A stretch of 64,000 nt of DNA. It comes from Selaginella moellendorffii. Its lineage: Eukaryota; Plantae; Lycopodiophyta. Positions 51,175 through 63,099 of this stretch are shown here, piece by piece. Location of the stretch: positions 248,001-312,000 of the forward strand of contig NW_003314363.1 in NCBI RefSeq assembly GCF_000143415.4. The letters run 5' to 3'. Positions within the stretch are counted from its first letter, which is position 1, and each line of letters opens with the position of its first letter. Below the pieces are notes generated by a model. That model made no database searches and was not told the origin of the DNA. It worked only from the letters and a program-made list of their open reading frames with translations. The position numbers were made by a program, and so were the translations under genes.

Positions 51175-51630
51175 CCACAAGAAAACTTGGGAGTTGTTGG
51201 TTAAGTGAAATGATTATTCTATAGATGAGGCCATAAGGGAAACTAAGGATGATATAAAAAAAGTGTTTCTACATTTTGGTTATGATTTAGATGACATTCA
51301 TAAGGAAGGAGAAAATTTGTGTTTTATAGCTATATTGCTATATAATTTGAGCTATTTGCTTTATTTTCATTCTTTTGTTTTCATGACCTTATTATCATGT
51401 GAGAATGCTATATTATTTTATTTTGTAGCCATTTGTTACAACATTGATATTGTCATTTACACATTTTTTTCTATGGTTATATTGCCTTGGACTCCCTTTA
51501 TATAAGTCTCATTTAATTTTTTGAGGCTATTATCTATGCTAGGTAACTATAGGAATATTTTAAAAATATTCCATGATTTAACACCTTTTAAGAGTTGGAT
51601 GGGAGGAGGGGCTTGACAGCTAAGGGGATG
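51175..51630 (+). mobile_element. Old chromovirus 3' end: degenerate chromodomain, PPT and probable LTR start
   Basis: WELLVK*NDYSIDEAIRETKDDIKKVFLHF resembles the integrase chromodomain YLVKW..Y..EEATWE. It is followed by purine tract AAGGAAGGAGAAAA and TG at ~51318. Confidence 0.6.
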
Positions 51631-51949
51631 GTCCAAAGTTGAGTTGAGCTCAATTCAATATAATTCAACTCAAGTCAACACAGTCAACTAAGTCTTACAA
51701 AGGAAATCTAAATTGAACAAATGAAGGTTCTAGCAAACTTTAAAATATTTAAATAAGTAAATATCTGAGTTAAAAGTTTTAATAAGATTGAATTATTTAA
51801 AAAGACAAAGTTCATGAGAACCTATCTTTTATAAAGCTATATTATTTTATTATAACTACTGTTACAATTGTCATATTTTGATTTGACTACTTAATATTTT
51901 GAATACTTTTACAACTATAGATACTATTCCTTCATTCAAAAGATTTTTT

Positions 51950-53355
51950 AGGGTTCTTGAGAAGATGGGAAGCAAGGAAAATACAAGATCTATGAGTAAA
52001 AGTTGTAATGCAAAGGAATGTAAAAATGCTAATTTTGTTTTACTACCACAATCTCTATATTACACTTTTCGTCCTTGTTACTTATTTGGGAATGTGGAGA
52101 CTATTATCACGATTGATAAAAATGTTCTTGTTAATTCTGAAACAACAGTCCAGAGTAAGAGAAATGAAGAAATGAATAGTACAGCAGAAAGCACTAAGAA
52201 ATCTACTCCATAAAATTTTCCATGATATTTATAATTTACATATTTGAAAAACTTCGTTACTTGCCTATATCGCAATCCTCTTATATGATAAGACCAAGGT
52301 ATATTTTTGCAGTGAATCCTTATTAAAAGTTTTAGGGAGTTGTTTGTGAATAATAATAAAAGAAATTGAAATCTTTCGAAAGACTCAAAAGTAATATCAC
52401 ATTAAAGAATCAACTTTATCTACATTTCCAAGACTGAAAAGCAATCTCACACAAGAAAATGGTAGCATGCCAATATGCTCTACCACTATAATATGGTTTA
52501 TATTTCTTGTAGTCTATTTCCTTAGATATTTGGCATGTGTAGAAAAGAATAAATGTGTAGCAAGTAGGATTTCATCATAATGATAGAGCATGTGTATACA
52601 CAATAATCTAAAATTCTAGAAGCCCTTATATTTACAAACAAGCTATGATTATAAAACCCTATTTCCAAAATTAACATTTAAAGAATTTGACTATTGTCAA
52701 TGTCATAATAAATAAACCTCATTCCCAAGACTAAAACTTAGTATATAAATTATTTAGAAAAGTTATAGTCATCATAATTTTTTTTTTTCTCCTTGAGCTC
52801 CTTTTGAAATGGCTTAAAAGAAAGTCATTGCTACTCATACTTGGCCCCCCAGCACTTCATATCAATCTCTACCTCCATCCCCAAGTTCTACCAACATTTC
52901 ACTTTTACCTCCACATAACAATCCTTTTTCTGCTAAGGGCTCTAGTGAAGCTGAACTAAAGCTCCCTATATATGAAATTTTGGATCTTGCTACTAAAGAG
53001 AGATTGTCTCTAGTGCTTCAAGAGCAATGCCACATGTTTTTGCAAAATCTTGCTCCTGACATGGCAGGACTACTTGAAAGCATAAAACACTATTACATTC
53101 AGTGTCCAATATGCTACTTTTTCTTGGACAAAACAAATGGCTCTATGGGTTTACAAACTTTTCTTGAGCAATACAACAATTGCCCAATGGAAAGTCTAGA
53201 AAATGTGCACATGTGGATGTACTAATAGATTCAAGAATCAGTTACAAACACATACCCATTATCGCTTTATGGTGAGGAACAACATCCCTTTGGGAAACAT
53301 TGCATCAACTAGTGCAAAATATAGGGTTTTTAGGCCACCCTATAGTGGAATGTAA
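51950..53355 (+). pseudogene. Possible third element ORF with RING-like cysteine cluster (decayed)
   Basis: ...HYYIQCPICYFFLDKTNGS, then a frameshift to WVYK...WKV*KMCTCGC.... Exon-like blocks at ~51950-52210 and ~52800-53355. Confidence 0.35.
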
Positions 53356-53645
53356 AATCTAGAATTACTTTACTATTCTAAAATATTGTCACTATTAAAA
53401 GAAAAAATATAATAAAATCATATTAGTTGTAGGTAACATACTTTGTTCTAGAAGGTGTTATCATATCACATACAATTGTTTACAAAATGCTGAATAAGGA
53501 GATGGCAACACACAAGCGCTACAAAATGATAGTGACAGGTGAGAATGATAATTTGCAATTATGATATTTGACACTGACACTAACATCTAACACTTTCACA
53601 AAAATTTGATATATAACAAGTTTTTCATTTTATGTAAGGATGCAA

Positions 53646-56600
53646 TTAATTTTCTTCTGCCTCATCATCAACATATTAATTTCTTTTATGCTTCCTCCTA
53701 TATTGGTATTGTGGAGAAGATTCACCTTGCAAAGCTTCCAATTCTAGAAACTCCAGGTGACTGTGATCTATAAAATAGAATTAAAAATATATTGAAATTT
53801 TAATAAACATAATTTACCTCCTTAAGGTTGGAGGCAACTCACAAAATCCTCTGAGCCGGCATTTGAAGAAATGATGTTCTTCAATAGAAAACACCAACCT
53901 ACCAAAGTTATGTATTGCTTCCGCCATAGAACCACTACCTAATGTGCAATCAATCACAACACTATCTAGTGGGCAATAGAGCTCAAGCAAGACTTGCATT
54001 GCCGATGGAGTTCAAAATTAGTACCTTAGAAATGTGTTGTAGATCTGCTCATTCACAAGGTTGGTTATGATGTTAATGGAATTGTCATACCCAGGCAAAA
54101 CACATGCTACACGTTTGCCATCATGTGTGTTTCTGCATAAGGCATGATAGGTTCACATCATAACCTGGAAAATAAAAATGTTTAGAAATTAGATAAAAAT
54201 ATAAAATATATACTCATCTTTTTAGACTTCCTTTGGATGCCCCTTGTATTGATGCCAATAGGATCCATAAGGCACTTGGAAGAGAATGACTTGAAATGAA
54301 CTTCTACTGCACATGTTATAAACTTATACATCCAGTTGGGGTTGTTTGGTAAAATGAAGACGACATGGCCAACTTCGAGCATAAGTGTTTTGGACAAGAG
54401 GAATGCATCACACATATGGTCAAATGTGAGAAAGTTTCAATCCTCAACTTTCCCATCAATATCTAAAATCAATCATCAATATCCCATCAATATCTGGAAA
54501 ATTGAAGAGAATGAAGTCTGCAATTGGGAGCAAGGGCCTTTGTATCCTTCAATACCAACGGTTGAACTGGCGCCGTATATCCATGTTGATGTCGTCTTTC
54601 GTGAAAGATGTCAACAATCTACTATAGGAGTCAATGAAGATACCCACAATGCCTCATTGTGTTATTGGGGAAATAGGACAGACTTATAAAAAAGCTAAGT
54701 GAATAAAAAAAGCAATAAAAAATATACTACCATTATATGGCATGTTGTTGATGAGAATTCCTCCAACTCCTCTTCATGAGCATCTCATCGAGTTTGAATG
54801 AAATTACTACCAACAATCATTGTTGCAAAAAACATGTATTACCACCTTTAATTTGTAAAATTCACTTTTGCTTACCTCGAGGTCGATGTGATATTCTGTG
54901 AACCACTTAATCATCGTGATTTACTAGTAAAGCCTGATCCAGATCTTAGTTGTTTGATGGTTGAATTAAAGCCTAATTCTAGCTGTCTAGTGGTAGAATG
55001 CAAACTTGATTTGGAGCTTCTTCATCTTTGTCTCTATCGTCACTTGCATTAGCATCGTTGCTAGCATTGACAACTTCCTCATGGTCTAGTGTAGAAGTCT
55101 CCTTCCTTAAGAGCTCCAACTTCTGAGGGCATTCTATCTTCCATGCCTTTGGAACTCTCACAAACATTGTTGGGTACATTCCTCCATCCCTTACACCTTT
55201 TGCAACAAGCCGAGTGCAAACTGGTGCCTTAAATGGCATGCATTTATATCGAAGATACTTGTAAACAATATATATTTAAAAAAAGTCTTAGAAATCATAT
55301 TATACCTATAAGTTGCATGTCACATGAAATAATGCTAACCATGTTGGCAATTATAAATTGTTGTGCTTGTAAACTTCTCTAGCAATTACCCCTCTTCAAT
55401 CCCTTTCAATGATGTGTTGATGTAAGTGTCGAAAGACAAAAATATGCCATCTTGATTGTCACCAATATGTGGTGCCAAGAACTTTTCACCTTCACTTATA
55501 GTTTGCATAATGTAAACAACCCTTCTCATCATGTTCTTAAATAGTTCTGGCAGTTCTTTCTCTCTGTTTATCAAGCAAACATTAAGGAACTCCAAAGTCT
55601 CTATCTATTGCTTATATAGAAGCTTTGATTTTGTGATATTGTAAATCATGTCATCTGAAAGTTTCTTTACTGCAAAAGTAACATATGTATAATTGAGAAA
55701 AATAAAGTGTGATAAGAAACTTACATTCATGAGAAGAAATTTTGGCTATAGTCTCTAGCCACTCCTTTGGCATACAATTGTTTGCAATGCATACTAATTT
55801 CTTCAACTTTGAAGATTTTACATGCTCAATTTTATGCTCAATTTTTACAAATTCAGCTGAGAGCTCTTCCCAACTCTTCTCCAAATATGCAAGTTTGTAA
55901 GCATCTTGCTTGACTTTCACCAAAGGCTAAAAACTAAAACAATAAAAAGAGGCCTTATAAAATGAAAAGGAAAGACATACTTTGCACTACATAGTGAGCA
56001 TAAAATTGATTGGGTTGTTGAGCCAAGTTGTATCGTCATTTCAAGTATATGAGTGGTTAACAAGTGTTGCAAGATCATCACCATAATATTGGCAGATGTC
56101 ATCCTCACTCAAGTCTACCAAAAATCAAAGTTGCTCGATATCATGGACAAGGTTTTACTTTAGAACAGTGAACTGCCCAAACTTGCATTTAAACACAATA
56201 AAACAAGTTAAATTGAAGTTGGAGGTAAAATTATAAAACTTATGCATTGATCTTTTAGCAGGCCAAGATAAGTTTGTTGATGTCCAAAGGTCTCCTCGTG
56301 TAGACATGGCCGACTAAAACGTTGATATGGTAAACGGGATCATCACAAAAATGATTGTCAATACACTTCATCCAAGACCCATACCGGTGGTTACCGTCAA
56401 TAATTTGGAATATTGTCCCTATAAGTTGTCGAGTCTTAGGATGTCTAATAAACATGTTATCAAATTCTAGGGACTTTCTTCTCCAAATAAGATCCCAACT
56501 ATTTACAATCTCGGGTGTGATAGTAATGATTTCAGTTGTTCCTAGCTTGAAAAAAGAAACTAGAAACATACCGATATTTGTCGCAAGGCCATTCTATTTG

Positions 56601-57188
56601 AACAAGTTGTATATGTCCGAGTTGACATACTTGGATGTTGTGCGGACAAAGTTCATCTATTGCAAATGGCAAAAGGGGATTTCTCTGATCAAGTCACAAA
56701 GGCTTAGCCACTTGAGCGCCTCAAGTGTTTGGTGAACTGCTTTTTCCCTTGTCCGCATAACAGTCTCTTGGAAGCACTTGTTCACCACATTGTCAAGAAG
56801 GTTTGCAACTATTTCAACTCCAGGCTGTTCCTCAAGTTCTCTATTGTGAACACCACTAGATCGTCCAACTTCAGGGATTTGTGCTGGTGGTGGGCTAGTG
56901 AGGAGTAAATGTGGAGGTGGTAGTGGTGATGGTGGGGGTGGTGGTGGTGGCGGCAGGGGCGGAGGCAATAGTGGTAGTGGTGGTGGCAATGATGGTGGTG
57001 GTAGTGGTGGTGGCAGTGGCGATGGCAATGGTGGAGGTGGTGATGGTGGTGGTGGAGGTGGTGATGGCAAAGGTGATGGTGGTGGAAGTGTTGGATCTCT
57101 AAGTAAATGCATATCTATTGATGTGTTAATGGATATGTCGATCATGATGTCATCGCCAGTGCCAAATTGAACCTCATCGCCAGTGCCT
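53646..57188 (-). pseudogene. Multi-exon pseudogene: Pro-rich linker - ParB/Sulfiredoxin-like domain - helical region - beta-class N4/N6 DNA methyltransferase-like domain
   Basis: IPFCHLQ*MNFVR...GMFLVS...FQIIDGNHRYGSW (DGNHR at 56384-56398). Motif-IV-like ADFILFNFPD (54492-54521) ...TLMLEVGHVVFILP. Motif X/I TPSAMQVLLELYCPLDSVVIDCTLGSGSMAEAIHNFGRLVFSIE (53814-54010). AT-rich GT-AG introns. Stops mostly explained by C>T or G>A. Confidence 0.75.
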
Positions 57189-57273
57189 TTTTATATAATA
57201 CAATTTTCCTTTTTTGCAAGAGAAAAAATTTTATCAATCAAACTAAATAAGATAATACTAACCTCAGCCTCTT

Positions 57274-57690
57274 AGGTGGCTAAAGTGCCCGAGGTCGAAC
57301 TCAGGCCAACTACCTCGGGCACTTTGGTTGCCGGAGGGGCCGAGGTTATTTGAATAACCTTGGCCCCTCAGGTGGCCAAAGTGCCTGAGGTGGAGTTTGG
57401 GCCTACTTGATTTTTTTTTTCTCTTTGATTGTTTGAATTTCTTATTTTCAAATAACTTGGGCCCCTTGGGCGGCCAAAATGCCTAAGGTGGCTTGCTCGA
57501 GCTTGATCTCGGGCACTTTGGCTGCCCAAGGCATTGAGGTTATTTGAATAACTTTGGCCCATCGGGCGGCCAAAGTGCCTGAGGTGGCTTACCCAAGCTC
57601 GACCTAGGGCACTTTGGCTGCCCAATGGACCAAGGTTATTCAAATAACCTCGGCCCCTCGGGAAGCCAAAGTGTCTAATGTGGCCAACCC
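57274..57690. repeat. Palindromic tandem array, ~97-bp period, ~4 units
   Basis: Core GAGGTTATTTGAATAACCT at 57342, ~57439 (degenerate), 57536 and 57632, alternating with inverted GGTGGCCAAAGTGCCCGAGGT...ACCTCGGGCACTTTGGCTGCC. Confidence 0.85.
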
Positions 57691-57869
57691 TAAAGAAATA
57701 ATCAAAAAAGAAGCAAGAAGAAAAAAATTGGAAGTGGAAGCAATCAAATTGAAACTTACCCTTAGTGGCATCTTTTCTTCCCGATCTCTCAATCGTGCTA
57801 GATTTCTCGCACTCTCTCACTCTCAATCTCAACTCATGTTGACACTAGTGCGCTCCATCTCTTGCACTC

Positions 57870-58155
57870 TCCCACACTTCTTGATCTCTCCCACTTGCAC
57901 GCTCAATCTCTCGCACTCGCGCACTCCATGCTCAATCTCTCAACCTCTTGCGCACTCAATTGTTTGATCTCTTGCGCACTCAATCCCTCGATCTCCTTCA
58001 CGCTTAATCCCTTGATCTCCTTCATGCTCAATCCCTCAATCTCCTTCACACTCAATCCCTCGATCTCTCACGTGTTCCACTCACGGTGCAAACAATAACC
58101 TAATCTTGGCAGCTACTCTAACCCTAATCCTGACAGTTGCCCTAACCCTAACCAA
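57870..58155. repeat. ~24-bp pyrimidine-rich tandem repeat (CTCAATCCCTCGATCTCCTTCACG) followed by telo-box-like AACCCTAA motifs; candidate bidirectional promoter region
   Basis: Four to five clear units at ~57975-58070 with degenerate units upstream. taaccctaa motifs at ~58118-58153. Lies between the two divergent genes. Confidence 0.65.
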
Positions 58156-58939
58156 TCTCTCATCCTGGCCGTTCATTCTGAATAGCCAACCATCACAATA
58201 TCTTTGATCTTATTTTATCTTATTATTATTATTACACATGAATTATGGTTCTTTATTTTGTATATTTTAATGATGATATAACTAGCACCTATCAACATTT
58301 CTGTTATTAGAGATATAATATTATTTTTTACAAATTATCTAGAAAGGATGCATTCTCATCAATATTTTATACATATTTTGGAATTGTTACAAGAACTTTA
58401 AAAAGTATAAATAAGGCACATAAAAATATGTTATACTATATCCATCTATGAATGGATGAATCCTCATCCAGAAATTTATTTTGTGTTGTATTAGATCCTA
58501 GAAAATAAGCACGTGCTTTAAATGTCATTTGCAGTGTTCACAATTATGGATAAAACTTGAGTTGTACTATAAATCAAATTTGTCATTGAAGAATAAGATT
58601 TGACAAGATTTATTATCATCTACCATTTAAAATTTGACAACTTGTCATATCACATGTGTTGGTAGTCAAATTGGATCTCTTAGATTGACATGCTATACCA
58701 AAATGTCATTATTAGTATCATTATTAACTATCAAACTTCACATGCTGAAAATCCTTCCTTGGATCTATATGTATACATGCATCAGACATCATAATAAATG
58801 AAGTAATATTAATATTGTCACACTTGCACATATTAAATTTGCTATACAATTTAAATTCATTTTGTACATTATTGATATTCTTCTTATTGCTTTATTTAAA
58901 TTTTAATTATGTTTCACTATGGATTTTTACAAGTAGCAT

Positions 58940-61900
58940 AAAGAGAGAGAAGTCAAAAACCTATTGAGAAGGACATAGAAGTTTCTTCTTCATTTTCGAG
59001 ATCACCCACCTCTTTCATTCTATATTGTTTCTAAAATTTTTTTATATTAGCATTTTAATCTTCGTCTTGGCTTTATTTCTTTAAAGGCATGTGATTTGTA
59101 ATGACACTGGTATAGTTGCATGCTCGGAATTCTTCTTTNNNNNNNNNNNNNNNNNNNNNNNNNNNNNNNNNNNNNNNNNNNNNNNNNNNNNNNNNNNNNN
59201 NNNNNNNNNNNNNNNNNNNNNNNNNNNNNNNNNNNNNNCGGCATATTTTCTTCAACGTTACACCTCTTGTCAATAGTACAAGTTCCAAAAATAAGGGGAT
59301 GAAAACCAAGTAGAATGTCCACAATTGGTGCAAGATCAAGATTACACACTTCCAACATTTTGAAAGCACAGTGTCTATAGTTCATTATGGTGGGTATTTA
59401 GATTGCATGGATGAAGCATGCAATTGAAACTACTATAGAAATTCTATATTTTTTGAACCATTACTATTAGATTCAAGTGTTGATTCTGCAAAAATGCTCC
59501 TCTATATCATGCTATCTACGAAGCCAAAATGTATTACTTTCTTTTACGGGGTGGAGTGGCTAGAAGAGCTACAATGCATGTTGGCACACATATGCATTTA
59601 ATGCAAGAAGGGATACAAAAGAGTTTTCTCAACCTTCCAAAGATGTTGTGCAGAAAGAAACTATGAGAAATTCATTTACAACTCCGAAGCATGTTCAGAA
59701 GACCATCCTTAAGGATTTTATCACAAACACCTTACTCAATTTAGATTGCCAAAAGACTCAACTAAATGAGGCTAACTTTTAAAACTTATTACAAGAAGTA
59801 TAACTTACTATTAGCCTAAGGAGGTATATTTGTTATATTTCATACGTTATAATAATTTTTTTTTTATTGTTTAAGATAAAATCTTGGATATGTGAATCTC
59901 AAAAGGGGAAGTTACAACCAAAAATTAACTCCATCCTTAAATTGTAATGGATCTATCCATACAAATTCATCCACAAAAGTTTATTTCTAGACTAAGTTGT
60001 GAATGAGCAAAAATGCCCCTTCGTCTTCAAAATATCTACCATAGTCCCTACCTCTAATATAGATTTTGTCTCCCGAATAGATATGTTTGGGTCTAGTGAC
60101 CTTACAAATGCATAGGTATATTTTGACCATATGGAGAGCATATTAGATTGGACAACCATGGGAGCTCATGTGTATGATCCAAAGTAATTTTTATTCTCAT
60201 TATATTGAAATTGTTGTAATATTTGTGTTTTCACAAGCTATATTATAACTTGACAATTGCGATAGTAGAGTTTAAAGTACAAGATCAGACAGCCAGGAAA
60301 TATTTTGGAAGTCCCTCTCTGATATTGTCCTAAAGCGGGTTGGTAAGCCTACAAACTTTCGTGGTTTAATGGTAGATGGGGTTAGTGTAAATTGAAATGA
60401 TGTTCAAGCAATTTTTAGAAATGATCATCCATTGGAAGGTCATGAGAGGACTTATGAATTCCATTAGGCTCAAAGCCTAAACCAACACTGCCACTTTATC
60501 AAGCTAGAGTTTCAATCAATGTTTAAGGAGTTGTGCAAACAATGGCAGATTGCACCTTTTGAAAAAAAGCATGAGGCAAAAACAAACAAAATCCAAATGT
60601 GATGGCATGAAGATGGCCATACAGATGTAAGTTGTCTACCACAACTTGAGTCATGGTTAGGGTGGTGAGAAGTTAAGATGTTCTAGTGGCGATATCACTC
60701 TTTTCAAGTTGGTTTCTACTTTTTCTTCTCATTTTATTACCTTTTAATATTGTTTTTTCCATTAGAATCAACCACTTGAGGACCTTGCATACACCCCAAC
60801 TATGAATCTCTCCAAAAGTAAGCACTAGAGTTGGCATTCCTCTGAGGCAGGGAAAGGGAAGATAAGTCTATACAAAGCTTGTCTATCATATTTGATATGC
60901 GCTATAAGGCAATCTTCAAAAGTGCTAGCATTCGAGGAAGGAAAATATGTGAGAACAAGGCCTTCCTCTGAGATGTTATATGATAGGATGAAGAGAAAAT
61001 TAACTCCACCTGCCTGAACAATAGCAATTGCAGTTAAGGTAGTGGTCTGTGGCACAGCTATGAAATACACTCCCTAGGCTTCTATTGGTGATATGAAGAC
61101 TATCTACTCAAAATGTCACTTTTCCTTTATTGGTGAAGATGTTGCCACAGACTTTGGTGTAAAAATCTCTCACAGGCCTGATGTTGAGTACCATTCTACT
61201 CTAAGACACCACTTTTGGACCGAGCCATTTCAAGTGATATCATAACAAGTTGAAATTACTTACCGTAGCATAGAGCTGAAACAATGGTCAATCCAACACG
61301 TGCAAGCAAAATCGAATATAAGGTGTGTGGGGATGCTTTTAAAGAGCAATTGTTAGGTTTGGATTTGTGGTGACAAATTAGCTTCTATTCCAACCCCATG
61401 TTTCTATGGGGAATAAAAGCAAGCAGGATTTTCAAGATGATACTGGTTATATTGTTGCAACACTGATGCCAACCATATGAAATAGCTTGAAGACATTATA
61501 GTGACTAAATCTGATGTAGTACCTAAAGAATGGCCAGTTGCTAATGGGGTCGTGTTCACCTCGGATGAGATTGAAAACTTTAAGAAATCTAGTTTCAATC
61601 TTAAAAGGAGAGTTGGAGACATGAGTGACAAAACCAAAACTATTCCTAGAGATGCATAGGAGGCCACCAAGAAGAGGTAAAGCAGTTAAATTTATTGGTA
61701 CCATCTCCAAGCAAAAGTAAGGTAAAATAAATTTGGCTCAAACACTTAAGTGTGAGATTCTATCCATGAAGTACATCATTGCACTTGCAAAGGAATACAT
61801 AGTCAAAATAGAAGATGGAAAGTACACAATTGCCATTCAAGACTTTCCTTTTTGCATATGTCTAAACTTTACGAAGCGCGAAGAATATAAGAAGGTATAT

Positions 61901-62026
61901 GCTCCTTGCAAGCATATGTATTACATCTTCATCAACATCTTGCATCGGGATCCTAAAGTGGATATTCATATACACCAAGCAAGCCTTATTATTGCTGAGT
62001 TACAAAAAACTTTTGAAGCTAACTAG
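58940..62026 (+). pseudogene. Mutator-like (MULE) transposase pseudogene: GCM/WRKY-like zinc domain, DDE core with CxxH, C-terminal SWIM finger
   Basis: C..C...HVGTHMH (~59400-59600). YFDHMESILDWTTMGAHVYDP (first D, ~60120). FRGLMVDG (second D, ~60370). ERTYEFH*AQSL (CxxH position). PTMNLSKSKH (catalytic E apparently mutated to K). SWIM CICLNF...PCKHMYY (61853-61923). Introns and many stops. Confidence 0.8.
59139..59238. other. Assembly gap (100 N)
   Basis: Run of N; true size unknown. Confidence 0.99.
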
Positions 62027-63099
62027 ATTTCTCCAACACTATTGATGTTTATTCTCTATCAATAATATAAACTTATTATACTTTATATAATTAATAAAAA
62101 AGTGTTTTTTCATTTCACTTTTCATTTTATATACTTTCGAGTATTCTTTTCACAATACTATCCATAGTACTCATGTGTCTCCATTTCTGTCTTTACCATC
62201 TCAAAAAAGATTTAATAATAGTCTTTCGGGTGCATGATGTTGTAGTGTGTCACGAAAACATATATATCTCATCATTATTGTTTCTCCCAGCCACTAAAAA
62301 CATATAGAGTATTTCTTGAAAGTGGCAGAATTGTAATTTCCTAAAATAAGTAAAAGAGCATTCTTTTTCACTTAATTTGTTGCGCCCTTTGTCATTGCAT
62401 CTATCTCTAACTCATGATTATTATCTTCTCTTTCATTCTCTTGTGTGGTTTGGTTATGCTATGCAATGAGATAATTATTACATCTTCTAGCCCTTGAACC
62501 TTGGGAAGAAAAATTGTGAAAGTTAAAATTACTAACATTAAAACCCACAGATATTTATGTGTATTTCCCTCTTTTTGAATAATAGAGTGAATAAAAATCC
62601 ATAAATTCTAAATAGTATGCTATGACAAACCCCTTAAGAATGTATTCTAAAAAAGATCTAAGTCTTTATTTTATATGTAATAAGCTTACATCAACAGTTT
62701 TTTTTTTTTCCTTTCAAACACTTATATGGCTTTACATAGAATCTTATTTCAAATTTAATAATTTTTTAATTTTGACAAACCTGATATTTAGTAGCCAGAA
62801 AGCACACAATACAGATTTAAGGAAGTGACAAGAATATTTTTTCTGCAAACATAACAAACATCCTTATTATGGCATGTAGTAAATATTTAAATTGTTAGAA
62901 TAAGAAGTGTTCTTTAGAACATTTTTATCTATATAATATGTAGAGGGTTATGAAATTATTAAGTTCACCATAACCTTAATATTTTAAAGTTTTTAATGTT
63001 TGTATTAAACTACAATTGAAACTTCAACTCAACTCACGAGCTCAACTTTTCAACTCGTGAGCTCTAAGTATGGTCCATGCTCATAGCTAATAAAGTTCT

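Larger units (their letters stand above)
51635..63068. mobile_element. Decayed Mutator-like (MULE) DNA transposon carrying transposase plus ParB-MTase and RING-like accessory genes; ends tentative
   Basis: Transposase remnant on +, accessory gene on -. Inverted GTTGAG/CTCAAC-rich clusters at ~51637-51690 and ~63020-63065. No clean TIR or TSD confirmed. A 100-N gap lies inside. Confidence 0.6.

Noticed and set aside
56657-57170. Stand-alone extensin/formin-like Pro-rich protein or antisense Gly-rich protein
   Set aside because: The Pro-rich tract continues in frame, past premature stops, into the ParB-like domain; there is no signal peptide, and the plus-strand ORFs are shadows.
53646-57188. 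Bacterial or phage contamination as the source of the ParB-MTase
   Set aside because: The gene has spliceosomal GT-AG introns and a low-complexity eukaryotic-style linker, and shows the same C>T/G>A decay as the neighbouring plant transposons.
57274-57690. Regularly spaced palindromes suggestive of a CRISPR array
   Set aside because: The intervening sequences are themselves repeated rather than unique spacers, there are no cas genes, and the context is eukaryotic.
59047-59385. ORFs spanning the N run
   Set aside because: Artefacts of the assembly gap. Both flanks look like adjacent parts of the transposase N-terminus, so the gap may be small, but this is unverified.
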